This document shows, one piece after another, positions 17,175 through 26,699 of a stretch of 64,000 bases of DNA. Made by a program: the position numbers and the translations under genes. The stretch is from an uncultured Candidatus Saccharibacteria bacterium (lineage in GTDB: Bacteria; Patescibacteriota; Minisyncoccia; Phycocordibacterales; UBA918), in assembly GCA_964626635.1 (NCBI GenBank), contig CAZVFY010000003.1, positions 7,449 to 71,448 on the forward strand, written 5' to 3'. How positions within the stretch are numbered: the stretch's first letter is position 1; the number at the start of each line of letters is the position of its first letter. The notes under the pieces were generated by a model. That model was not told the origin of the DNA and ran no database searches. It saw only the letters and a list, made by a program, of their open reading frames with translations.

Positions 17175-18581
17175 TTATTCTGGTTGGTGCATTGCTTCTT
17201 GATCTGCGCTTGACTCCTTTCTATTACTGTAAGCAATAAATACAATTATACCCAACAACACTACAATCACCGACAAAGCCAGGTACACTACCCACCCCCC
17301 AATAGCCGGCGCACCCACCTCTGTTACTGATAAAGAATTGATTTCGTTTGGTTGTACTGCACATTTTTCGTCACACGGAACTGCAAGCTGGTACGCAGAG
17401 AATAAGATAGTCGTGGCTGGTTCATTAGCAATCGCGGCTTCACCAACCGTAGTGCCCGCTACCGGTCGATAGAATTCATATGCAACTGTACTTGAGCCCA
17501 ACTCAGCCGGCCATGAAACCAGCAGGCCTCCACCAGCAGCGACTTCGGTCATCTGGGTAATAGGCGGTGCGTCAGCTAACGTAACCTGCGCGCCGACCGC
17601 GCCCACTGGCCGCCCCTGCCCTCCAAGACTTTCCAGACAAGTGACGGACTGGATTGTCCGCTGGTCAGCAGTATCGAGCTGCACCCCGGTCGCAACCGGG
17701 TATACTGCTGGCACAGTACGGGTGCCAGCAGTATTGAATAATTGAGTCACTACCGGCAAAAACTGATTATTGTTATGGTTTATGCCAATGACGGTGTAGG
17801 GGGTACTAACGTCAATCGCGGTAGTAAGGGTTGTTTCCTCACTCCCGCCACTTATCATTTTAACTGGAGATTGATTTTGATGTAGTACCGCACTTCCACC
17901 AGCGACAGTCCCAGTAAATACTGCGATGTGCTGCTCAAAACCTCTAACAGAACGAGCGGTATTGTTACTGGCTATCACACTGTGCTGTCTAATGGTGTCT
18001 GCGTCACTCCTGGTACTAAGTGTGACGCTGTACTGCGGATCAGTCTCGGCTACTACAAGCTCGACTGCCTGCTGTTGCAAGCTATTACGCATGACTGCAA
18101 ACAAGTCACCTTGGTGGACACCAACTCGAGCCACATAGGTACCCGACTGCACTTGACTGAGGTCTACGTCGGCAGACAAGATCACTTGCTCACCCGGTGC
18201 GACACTCGGTAAAAAATCTAAGGCAGACCAGTAGACTGGAACAGTCGCTTCTTCTGACTGATACAATCCGATCGCTAGGTTGTTATCGTGATAAGTAAAT
18301 GCAAAGGATTGATTTTGTAAATAGATATCAAATGCCGCCACAGCGTCATCGGTAGCGTCCATAATTACCTCTAATCCGGCATCAATATACCCGTCTAATG
18401 TGCACACGGATTGCGTTTCAAAAGTCACATCATTCACAGCTGGCTGGGCAGTTACGGGTGTAGGGGCGAAGCCTAAGAACAGTAATAGACCGACCGCCGT
18501 TGCGATTAGGGTGTACACTCGGTTTACTGCAGCCATGGGCGCGTTGCTAGTACCAGTCATTCGTACTGCGTATAAATCCAT
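17175..18581 (-). CDS. Secreted protein with C-terminal membrane anchor
   Basis: N-terminal hydrophobic signal, beta-rich body, C-terminal TM helix followed by RK. Confidence 0.8.
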   Translation of the reverse strand: MDLYAVRMTGTSNAPMAAVNRVYTLIATAVGLLLFLGFAPTPVTAQPAVNDVTFETQSVCTLDGYIDAGLEVIMDATDDAVAAFDIYLQNQSFAFTYHDNNLAIGLYQSEEATVPVYWSALDFLPSVAPGEQVILSADVDLSQVQSGTYVARVGVHQGDLFAVMRNSLQQQAVELVVAETDPQYSVTLSTRSDADTIRQHSVIASNNTARSVRGFEQHIAVFTGTVAGGSAVLHQNQSPVKMISGGSEETTLTTAIDVSTPYTVIGINHNNNQFLPVVTQLFNTAGTRTVPAVYPVATGVQLDTADQRTIQSVTCLESLGGQGRPVGAVGAQVTLADAPPITQMTEVAAGGGLLVSWPAELGSSTVAYEFYRPVAGTTVGEAAIANEPATTILFSAYQLAVPCDEKCAVQPNEINSLSVTEVGAPAIGGWVVYLALSVIVVLLGIIVFIAYSNRKESSADQEAMHQPE

Positions 18582-18704
18582 ACATATATACTACGTCAAC
18601 AATCTAAAGAGGTTGTAGGCTATACACAATAACTGTTGTATGATTTTACTAACAAGATTAATCCGCCAACTGACTCCTCGCACTTAATTTTGCACTCATA
18701 CTAT

Positions 18705-20012
18705 ATGAATACACATCAACTCTTACAGTACATCAAGCGCTATATTCCAAATTTTATTCTACTTGTACTGCGACCACCCTACCATCACTTTATGGCTTTT
18801 GCCGGAGCGTGCGCGTATCACTTCCCATCCCGTAAGTTGCATGTGATTGCAGTGACCGGTACGAACGGTAAATCATCAGTAGTTGAAATGATGACACACA
18901 TTTTACGCACTGCCGGCCATCGTACCGCCTCTATTTCGACCATGCGGTTTACCGTGGGTGATGACCAGACCGCGAACCGTTATAAAATGACTACTCCGGG
19001 TAGATTTTTTGTACAAAAATTTCTCCGTCAAGCCGTCTCGGCTGACTGCACCCACGCCGTGGTCGAAATGACAAGCGAAGGGGCGGTACAATCGCGACAC
19101 CGGTACATCGCTTTTGATGCCTTAGTGTTCACTAACCTCACGCCTGAGCACATCGAGTCGCACGGATCTTTTGAGAATTACAAAAATGCCAAATTGCTTA
19201 TTGCGCGAGCGGTCACCGCTAGCCCCAAGCGGCCGCGGACGATTGTAGCGAACACCGATGATGCGCATGGCGCTGATTTTCTACTACCTGCTATCGAGCA
19301 CCCATTGGGATACAGCTTATCGGACTTATCTTCGTATACTCTACACAGTGACCACGTCACCCTTACAATTGATAAAATGGAGATTCGTGTTCCCATTGCC
19401 GGTCTCTTTTCTTTGTATAATGCGTTAGCGGTGATCAGGTACGCCCGGGCAATCGGGATCACCCTTCCCACGCTGCAAAAAGCGTTTGCAACCCTGCCCA
19501 CTATCCATGGTCGCGTGGAACAATTCCACTCACCAACTACCGCGGACAAGCAAGTTACGGTCGTGGTCGATTATGCCCACACGCCAGACTCACTGGAGCA
19601 GCTCTACCAAACGTTTGCTGGTGCCTCGCCTGCGCGCAGTCTGATTGGTGTACTCGGCAACACCGGTGGCGGTCGTGATACGTGGAAGCGACCAGCGATG
19701 GGTGCCCTGGCTGAACAGTATTGTGATCAAGTGATTTTTACTAACGAGGATCCATACGATGAGGATCCCGCCGCGATTCTGCACGCAATGCAAGCCGGCA
19801 CTAAAAACCCCGCAGGCATACACATTATTTTAGACCGACGTGAAGCCATTAAAACTGCAATAGCTACAGCGCCAAACAACGCTGTAGTACTGATAACTGG
19901 TAAGGGTACCGACCCTTTCATTATGGGACCCAACGGCAGTAAAGAGCCGTGGGACGATGCAACTGTAGTGAAAGAAGTGCTTAGTGAACAGTTCGGCGGG
20001 TACCAGTCCTAA
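18705..20012 (+). CDS. murE: UDP-N-acetylmuramyl-tripeptide synthetase (MurE-like Mur ligase)
   Basis: VTGTNGKSS P-loop, FTNLTPEH, VVDYAHTPD, KR..MG, GKG. Confidence 0.9.
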   Translation: MNTHQLLQYIKRYIPNFILLVLRPPYHHFMAFAGACAYHFPSRKLHVIAVTGTNGKSSVVEMMTHILRTAGHRTASISTMRFTVGDDQTANRYKMTTPGRFFVQKFLRQAVSADCTHAVVEMTSEGAVQSRHRYIAFDALVFTNLTPEHIESHGSFENYKNAKLLIARAVTASPKRPRTIVANTDDAHGADFLLPAIEHPLGYSLSDLSSYTLHSDHVTLTIDKMEIRVPIAGLFSLYNALAVIRYARAIGITLPTLQKAFATLPTIHGRVEQFHSPTTADKQVTVVVDYAHTPDSLEQLYQTFAGASPARSLIGVLGNTGGGRDTWKRPAMGALAEQYCDQVIFTNEDPYDEDPAAILHAMQAGTKNPAGIHIILDRREAIKTAIATAPNNAVVLITGKGTDPFIMGPNGSKEPWDDATVVKEVLSEQFGGYQS

Positions 20013-21466
20013 CGAATTGGAACCGATGCTCGTCGTATTTCGAACTGTTCGGCTGCTTGGAGGAGCGCCGGGCGCTCCACTGCACCGGTTGGTAATATTA
20101 ATTCCCCCGGTGCGTGGTTCCCAGCGCTGATAATCGAGACTTGGTTGTGTACCGCTTGTACCCGCAGCATTGACCGTAATTGATGTCGCAATGTGACAGG
20201 CTCATGGAACCATGAATGAGAGACGACGTGCGCTAAAAACGGCGTGTCTGGCTGCGCCTTCAGTAAAGTCCGGGCACCCTGTGGGTTAACTGACTCAAAA
20301 CAAAATAATATTGCTGGGATATGTGTCGGGGTGTTACTGATGATCTGTCGCCCTGGCACGTAAGACATTTGTTCACGTAAGGAACGACCAACAGCACCCA
20401 ACCCCAGCGCCTGTAATACAAATGAAAACTTGTAGGTAATATATTCACCCTGCGGAACTAAATAGTGTTTGTCAGTTTCGTACACGATGGTGTCGGCGCC
20501 GTCGTAAATACGCGCTCGTAGGATTGCTCCAGCGGCAGTATCAGTACGCCCAGAATCAATTAACACCCCGTCAAAGTCAGTACTGAATTGCAATACGTCA
20601 CTGAGCTGTGCGCCGGTGTAGTGCACGGGAAATAAGCGACTATCTTCCGGAAAGAGTATGTAATCGGGCGCCTCATCAAGCGCCAACACGCGATCTAAGG
20701 CTGTTTGTCGTTGTCTAGCGTTATTCATCTGTACCGATTGTTGATTACCACGCGCTAAGTAAGTATCAACAATTACCACATCAGCTGTTTCTTTCGACAT
20801 AGCCAAATAGCTTGTAATTGGGGCGTACGCTGAGAGCACCAACGCTACGAATGCAAGTACACTCAGTAAACGTTGAAACTGGTAGAGGGTATACAAACCT
20901 ACGGCGATACCTATTAGTAGCGCACTTAGGCCGTACACCCCCCCAATCCGAGCAAACTGTAACAAGGTCGCATGTTCTGCCAATAGATACCCCACAAACC
21001 CGAAGCTAAATGAACTATTGATACCAGCCGTTCCTGCGCCGTATGTCACAATTGAAAACGCTGCCGCACCAACTAATTCGCCCACCACCCAATAAACTGG
21101 CAACCCCCACAGCGCCCGATCTGTCACGATTTTTAGTAGCGAGTACAATCCAAATACCACTACCCCACCCAGCCCCAGACTAATAGCGGCCGTTACCCAA
21201 TTCAGCCCAATGGCACCAAGCGCCACTGGACCAGTAATCGCGGCTGGCACCCAAGACAGTGGGTACACCGACCAAAACCACGCAAGCACCATTAGTGCAA
21301 CACTAAACCATAATAGAAATGTGGTGAGGTACGTTTCTTTGTCATCCCTTAGAAGCGATACCCAGTATGCAACTGCCAGCAAACCGAGCCACCATAATAG
21401 TGGATGTAAAAAGGCCAGCCCCAACAGACAGCCAAGGACGATTGATCTACCGTACGAGCGCATCAT
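20009..21466 (-). CDS. lnt: Apolipoprotein N-acyltransferase-like (membrane CN-hydrolase)
   Basis: Multi-TM N-terminus, Q....GGVYGLS, and triad motifs FPE, K..LVP.GEY, CFE. Confidence 0.8.
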   Translation of the reverse strand: MMRSYGRSIVLGCLLGLAFLHPLLWWLGLLAVAYWVSLLRDDKETYLTTFLLWFSVALMVLAWFWSVYPLSWVPAAITGPVALGAIGLNWVTAAISLGLGGVVVFGLYSLLKIVTDRALWGLPVYWVVGELVGAAAFSIVTYGAGTAGINSSFSFGFVGYLLAEHATLLQFARIGGVYGLSALLIGIAVGLYTLYQFQRLLSVLAFVALVLSAYAPITSYLAMSKETADVVIVDTYLARGNQQSVQMNNARQRQTALDRVLALDEAPDYILFPEDSRLFPVHYTGAQLSDVLQFSTDFDGVLIDSGRTDTAAGAILRARIYDGADTIVYETDKHYLVPQGEYITYKFSFVLQALGLGAVGRSLREQMSYVPGRQIISNTPTHIPAILFCFESVNPQGARTLLKAQPDTPFLAHVVSHSWFHEPVTLRHQLRSMLRVQAVHNQVSIISAGNHAPGELILPTGAVERPALLQAAEQFEIRRASVPIR

Positions 21467-21926
21467 ACAGCACTATACCAGCTGTGGTGGCGACATTCAG
21501 CGACTCTTTTGTACCCTGCATTGGCAGTGCCACCACGTAATGTGACTGCTGTAACACCGCTGCGGGCACACCAGTTACCTCATTACCAAATATATAGATT
21601 CGGGGACGCACTGTGTCATGAGGCAGCTCTCTAAGCGCAATTGCATCTACTGTACGCTCTACAGCAACAATGTCTGTGTCTGGAGCAGCGGTGCGAATAT
21701 GACTAAGCAAATGATTGGCGTTAGCGTGATACGACCATGACACTGTGTTTGATGCACCAAGCGAGGTCTTTTTGATATCTGGCCGCATTCGTCCAAAGCG
21801 GTCTATTGGCGTTGGTGTATGTCCGCACAAATATAGATGAGACACCCCCGCACCGTCGGCCGTACGAAATATTGCCCCGACATTATGCGCACTGCGAATA
21901 TCAAGAAGGATGGCCGAGTGTTGCAT
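21447..21926 (-). CDS. TrmH/SpoU family RNA methyltransferase
   Basis: NVGAIFRTAD, FGNE..G, LPM.G.KESLNVA. Confidence 0.92.
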   Translation of the reverse strand: MQHSAILLDIRSAHNVGAIFRTADGAGVSHLYLCGHTPTPIDRFGRMRPDIKKTSLGASNTVSWSYHANANHLLSHIRTAAPDTDIVAVERTVDAIALRELPHDTVRPRIYIFGNEVTGVPAAVLQQSHYVVALPMQGTKESLNVATTAGIVLYDALVR

Positions 21927-22026
21927 GCCCCGAGCCTAACAGGCTTGAATCAAGTCGGCAACGCTGGTATAGTGTGCTGCATTCTGTACGCTGGTTGCGA
22001 AAGAATTTTAGAAACTCATACCCTCC

Positions 22027-22099
22027 CCGCCCTTAGCTCAGTCGGTAGAGCAGCAGCCTTTTAAGCTGATGGTCCCAGGTTCGAGCCCTGGAGGGCGGA
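22027..22099 (+). tRNA. tRNA-Lys (anticodon TTT), CCA not encoded
   Basis: CCGCCCT/AGGGCGG acceptor stem, GCTC..GAGC D-arm, CAGC-CTTTTAA-GCTG anticodon arm, CCAGG-TTCGAGC-CCTGG T-arm. Confidence 0.95.
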
Positions 22100-22297
22100 C
22101 ACAGGCAAAAAGAAAACACTTGGCATTGCCAAGTGTTTTCTTTTTAGCAGTTGCCTGAGGCAACTGCGGCCTGTGTCCGCGGGGGAATATATTGCTTTCA
22201 TTATGACACCGGGAACTAGCACGGTTGGCCGCGGCTGAGTATATTGCGTGAGCAGTTCGAAGCCGGGGATATAGGCGGTTGTCCAGGGATAGACATC

Positions 22298-22994
22298 TTA
22301 TTTTTCCTGCCCCGTGACTAGTTTACGAAAGACTGTTCCAACGACTCCAATTAAAAGACCAAGTAGTAGTAACCCCGTAAATCGAGTCAGCACATACAGC
22401 ACCTCCCCAGCTTGGCTGACCGGCTGCTCGACTGGAATTCCAGCCATGAATACTTTCAATGACCACCACATACCAGCCGGAATACTCGCGAATGAATTTG
22501 TTGCTGGTTCGACCAAATATTAAGAGCGATCCAGTCACCAGCAGTGATACAGTCAATAATGGTACGTAAATCAATACGTTGAAAGAAAGAATACTCACGT
22601 CTTCGGCGTTTACCCCACTGCGACTCAATTTGGTCAGACGTAAGAGTCGTAATAAGCGAATAATTCGCAGGGCTCGCGCAGATTTAAGAAAACTCAGATT
22701 GCCTAGTCCGAGTAAGGTTGGGAGAATTGCTACCAAGTCCACGATCCCAAAAAAGCTAAAGATGTATGAGCGGCGTGGTTTGGTGACTGCGACACGAGCA
22801 ATATATTCAAGTGTAAATAACCCAACCATCAGCCACTCCGTTAGCACAAACCAGCGCTCATATATCCCAAAGACTGGTACTGTCTCCAGGACCACCACCA
22901 GTACCGACACAACAGTAGCTACCGCCAGCACGTCACTCACCCAAATATACGTACGACTATGCGGGTCGAGTAGTGCTCGGCGCAGCAAATTCAT
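22298..22994 (-). pseudogene. Voltage-gated ion-channel-like protein (Ion_trans), frameshifted near 22520
   Basis: S1-S4 (FTLEYI.R, DLVAILP, RALRIIRLLRLLRL) in ORF 22323-22994; the pore region (VEP...F.SIP..MWWS) continues in another frame (22298-22516). Confidence 0.75.
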
Positions 22995-23044
22995 GTGCTG
23001 AGTATAGCACTGTACCCAAATTGCTTACTACAGTGGTACTGAGA

Positions 23045-23746
23045 TTATCTCCCCAACAAGATCCACCGTTCAAGCACATCAGATAATTGCCCCTTGCCTA
23101 CCCGCACATGATGAAAGCCAGCCAGTAGCCGAGCGGCTAGCTGTTCGACCTCGCCAGGCTTGAACGCTCCGAGTGAGCGCTTAGCTTTATTATAGGTGAA
23201 CTCTTTCATGCTAGCCTCTTTGGCCGTTTTGGTGCGGTCGGCTAGCAGCAGCGATTTTAGCTGCCACCACAGTACCCCTACAATTTCTTCTTCGGTGACG
23301 CCGGCTTGCACAGCTTGCTGTAAAATCAGCCACATCTGCCGCCGGTCACGCCGCAACAGGGCATCAGTCAGCGCGAAGGTATTAATGCGTTCGGCTTTCG
23401 CGGCAGTGAACTGCTCGATCGCGTCAGTGACCGCCTTGAATGGCTTGAGATCAGCGGCGAGCAGTACCCCTTCTAACACGATATAAGTGCCAGGCGCCGC
23501 CGCTAGCTCATCAAGCAATTGTAATACGTCTGATTTAAATTCAGGATTTGTGCTCGGGGTATCAAATAAGTACCACGTCTCACCGCCAAACAGTGATTGC
23601 TCCCCAATGGCTGTACTCACTAGACCTGAGCGATACGTATCAGCCGTGATAGTTTCAAGTGTTGGGACGGACGAAGCATTTGCGACCAGTGCGTGAATAG
23701 CGTTCCTCGCTGCTGTACGATCGGTCCCGTAATAGAGTGAGAGCAT
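23045..23746 (-). CDS. holA: DNA polymerase III delta subunit (short form)
   Basis: LYYG.D, QSLFGG, F.L.DA...R C-terminal delta pattern; adjacent to polA. Confidence 0.7.
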   Translation of the reverse strand: MLSLYYGTDRTAARNAIHALVANASSVPTLETITADTYRSGLVSTAIGEQSLFGGETWYLFDTPSTNPEFKSDVLQLLDELAAAPGTYIVLEGVLLAADLKPFKAVTDAIEQFTAAKAERINTFALTDALLRRDRRQMWLILQQAVQAGVTEEEIVGVLWWQLKSLLLADRTKTAKEASMKEFTYNKAKRSLGAFKPGEVEQLAARLLAGFHHVRVGKGQLSDVLERWILLGR

Positions 23747-23760
23747 ACGTGGACAGTGTA

Positions 23761-26157
23761 TCAGGTGCTTGGATATGGCTCTAGTTCGAACCAGTTCTGG
23801 CCAGTTTTTACTTCGGCGATGACCGGCACACCTTTGGTATCTTGCTCTGATAAAACTTGCTGCATCAACTCGACGAGGGTTGGTATCGTTTGGTCTAGTA
23901 GATCGGATCGGACTTCGAAAATAAGTTCGTCGTGCACCTGCAGCAATAGTCGGACGTCAGTCACCTGCCCGCTAATGTCAATCCAGTTGGCGATATCGCG
24001 CATAGCAATCCGCATGGCGTCGCCGCTCGTGCCTTGGATCGGAGCGTTGATTGCAGCGCGCTCGGCGCCGGCGCGTAAGTACGGGACATTCGATGACAGC
24101 GCTGGAAAGTACCTCCGCCGACCGAGCATTGTGCTGGTGTAGCCAGCGCTCGTGGCGTCGCTTTTAACTTGATCCAGGAATGAAGCGAGGCCACTGAACG
24201 TCGCAAAGTACGCGGCGAGGTACTCGGCCGCTTCGGCGCGAGTGGTGTCTTCCCCCAGGTTGGTGCGCAGCGCATTGACGCCCATGCCATACAGGATCCC
24301 AAAGTTAATAACCTTGGCTTGGCGGCGCATATTGTCGGCCACCTGGTCGAGCGGCACACCGAACACTCGGCTCGCAGCTCCCGCGTGCACGTCTTCTCCG
24401 TTCTTAAAAATCTCTATCAGCGCCTGGTCGCCGGACAACATCGCGGCAATCCGTAACTCGATTTGCGAGTAATCAATTGCGACCAGGGTGTAACCGGGTG
24501 TCGCCACAAATGCCTGACGAACCTTCCGGCCGGCTACAGTCCGGACTGGGATGTTCTGCAAATTTGGATCACGGCTGGCCATGCGTCCAGTAGCGGTACC
24601 GGTCTGCAGCAGTGTCGAGTGTACTCGGCCATCGTCCCCGGTTTGCTCGGGCAGGGCATCAACGTAGGTCGACAGAATTTTAGACAGTTCACGGTACCGT
24701 AAAATCTCAGCGATGATCGGGTGCTCGTCCCGCAAGGTATCAAGCACTGCTTCGGCGGTACTACGTTTGCCGCCGGCGGTTTTCTTCTGTTTGGAGCCGG
24801 TAGCAAGCGCGAGTTTGTCGTACAGGATATTTCCCAATTGTTTTGGTGAATTGATATTAAATACTTCGCCGGCGTGCTCGTGAATAAGTGCCTCGATACC
24901 AACTAACTCTTGATGCAGTTCTTGGCTAAACGTCTCGAGGAATCGTGTATCTACTAGTATTCCCCGTCGCTTCATTGCGCTTAAAATGTCGATCAGCGGT
25001 AGCTCAATAGTCTGATAGAGATCGAGTAAACCACGTTCGGTCACTAGCTGTAGCAAGGCTTGTTTGGTGTCCGTAAAACCTTGAGTCGATAAAAAAGCCG
25101 CGCCGTATTCGACCACATCATCATAACTGGCATTGGTTCGCTCTGAATCTACTAACCACAATAAAATTGCCGCTTCTTGTATGTCGCGCTCGCTCGCACT
25201 TTCGCGCTCTGTCTCGCGCGCCATCGCCATCACCTCGCTGTCATACAGTCGCTTAACCCGATCCCCTAAGTTCCGAAACCCTAACGCTTGGAACAATTGC
25301 AGCAGCGCATCTATATCACCGGTCACCTTCCATTCGGTATCAATTAATTCAAACTCTGCCATCGCATCTGTACGGATCGTAGCTAACATTTTAGAAAATT
25401 CTGCCTCTTCTTGATGTTCTTTAAGGAGATTAATAATGCGTGGCTTTATCCCGGCGTCGAGGAATTGCTGCTCATCAGCTTGAAGTTTTTCGTAGATTTT
25501 TTCTAAACTACCAAAACTAGAGATGAGGGTGGTAGCCGTCTTTTCACCAATTCCGGGAACACCCGGGATGTTATCACTGGGGTCGCCGCGCAAACCTTTA
25601 TAGTCTGGCACTAATTTTGGCCCGAACCCAAACCGATGCTTTACGCCTGCTTCATCGTAGATAACCGTATCATTAAGTCCGCGTTTAAGCGTAAATACTT
25701 CGACACGTTTTTTATCGATGCATTGCAGTGTATCCATGTCACCAGACGCGATGATTACGCGCACCGGTGTGTCACGAGTCAGGTGCGCAATCGTCCCCAA
25801 AATATCATCAGCTTCGAATCCAACCTTTTCGTAAATTGGCACACCAAAAGCTTTCATTAAATCGCGTGAGCGTTCGATTTGCGACACCAGCGCGGGGTCA
25901 GTTTTGCGTCGACCTGATTTGTATGCATCATACGCGTCGTGCCGGTACGTCGGCTGCGGCAAATCGTAACAAGCCGCCAGATACTGTGGGTTGAAATCCT
26001 CGATAATTCTGAGGAGCATTGTCGTCACACCATAGAGCGCGCCAGTTGGGTCACCACTTGGTGAGGCAAAGTCTGGTAATGCGTGATACGCGCGATGCAG
26101 GATTGCGTGTGCATCAAGTAACACCAGGGTCGGTACCTCATTTTCCTTCTTTGGCAT
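23761..26157 (-). CDS. polA: DNA polymerase I
   Basis: 5'-3' exonuclease (LLDAH, EADD, GD.SDNIPGV.GIG.KTA) and polymerase motifs (DYSQIELR, R..AK.INFG..YG, LQVHDE). Confidence 0.97.
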   Translation of the reverse strand: MPKKENEVPTLVLLDAHAILHRAYHALPDFASPSGDPTGALYGVTTMLLRIIEDFNPQYLAACYDLPQPTYRHDAYDAYKSGRRKTDPALVSQIERSRDLMKAFGVPIYEKVGFEADDILGTIAHLTRDTPVRVIIASGDMDTLQCIDKKRVEVFTLKRGLNDTVIYDEAGVKHRFGFGPKLVPDYKGLRGDPSDNIPGVPGIGEKTATTLISSFGSLEKIYEKLQADEQQFLDAGIKPRIINLLKEHQEEAEFSKMLATIRTDAMAEFELIDTEWKVTGDIDALLQLFQALGFRNLGDRVKRLYDSEVMAMARETERESASERDIQEAAILLWLVDSERTNASYDDVVEYGAAFLSTQGFTDTKQALLQLVTERGLLDLYQTIELPLIDILSAMKRRGILVDTRFLETFSQELHQELVGIEALIHEHAGEVFNINSPKQLGNILYDKLALATGSKQKKTAGGKRSTAEAVLDTLRDEHPIIAEILRYRELSKILSTYVDALPEQTGDDGRVHSTLLQTGTATGRMASRDPNLQNIPVRTVAGRKVRQAFVATPGYTLVAIDYSQIELRIAAMLSGDQALIEIFKNGEDVHAGAASRVFGVPLDQVADNMRRQAKVINFGILYGMGVNALRTNLGEDTTRAEAAEYLAAYFATFSGLASFLDQVKSDATSAGYTSTMLGRRRYFPALSSNVPYLRAGAERAAINAPIQGTSGDAMRIAMRDIANWIDISGQVTDVRLLLQVHDELIFEVRSDLLDQTIPTLVELMQQVLSEQDTKGVPVIAEVKTGQNWFELEPYPST

Positions 26158-26207
26158 ATAGGCAGTATACTGCAATTAGCGCGGCGCTGCTTGGGTCTCG
26201 TTTGCAC

Positions 26208-26663
26208 CTAAGCAACGTCGGCTACGACTTGCCGTGAAATAGCAAATGTGCGCACTTTGTTTGCACCAATAATAACTTCTACAGTAATACAATTTACCGG
26301 GAGAATTGTCTGAATTCTTTCCGGCCATTCAATACACAGTAAGTTTTGTGTGTCGAGGATTATTTCCTCAAGACGTAATGGGGCGATCTCTGACTCATCT
26401 TCAATCCGATAGGCATCAATGTGTACCAGCTTCGTATAACACTGATACTCGATTGGGTAGAGATTCATGATTCCAAAGGTCGGACTGGTCACAGTTTCGT
26501 GCACCCCGACCGCATCCGCCACTGCTTGCACCAATGTGGTTTTACCAGCACCAAGATCGCCACTGAGCGCTATGACCGCCGGCCCACGTGGTGGGAGGTG
26601 TGTTAACAATCCGTTCACTACTTGAGTGAGGTCAGCCCCCTCGGGTATCGTGTACGTTTCCAT
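26208..26663 (-). CDS. tsaE: tRNA threonylcarbamoyladenosine biosynthesis ATPase TsaE
   Basis: [27 protein letters not shown]. Confidence 0.95.
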   Translation of the reverse strand: METYTIPEGADLTQVVNGLLTHLPPRGPAVIALSGDLGAGKTTLVQAVADAVGVHETVTSPTFGIMNLYPIEYQCYTKLVHIDAYRIEDESEIAPLRLEEIILDTQNLLCIEWPERIQTILPVNCITVEVIIGANKVRTFAISRQVVADVA

Positions 26664-26699
26664 TACTACCAGTATACCCAACGTGATACGATTAGCGAT

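Noticed and set aside
17171-17245. Long upstream starts given by the ORF track (13898..17245; likewise dnaA 38008, PilB-like 26622, murE 18636, methyltransferase 7042)
   Set aside because: They overlap neighbouring genes or regulatory DNA; downstream ATGs fit family N-termini better.
22250-22280. Second copy of the tRNA-Lys 3' end (GTTCGAAGCC...GGCGG)
   Set aside because: Similarity is too weak and gapped to call an att duplication by eye.
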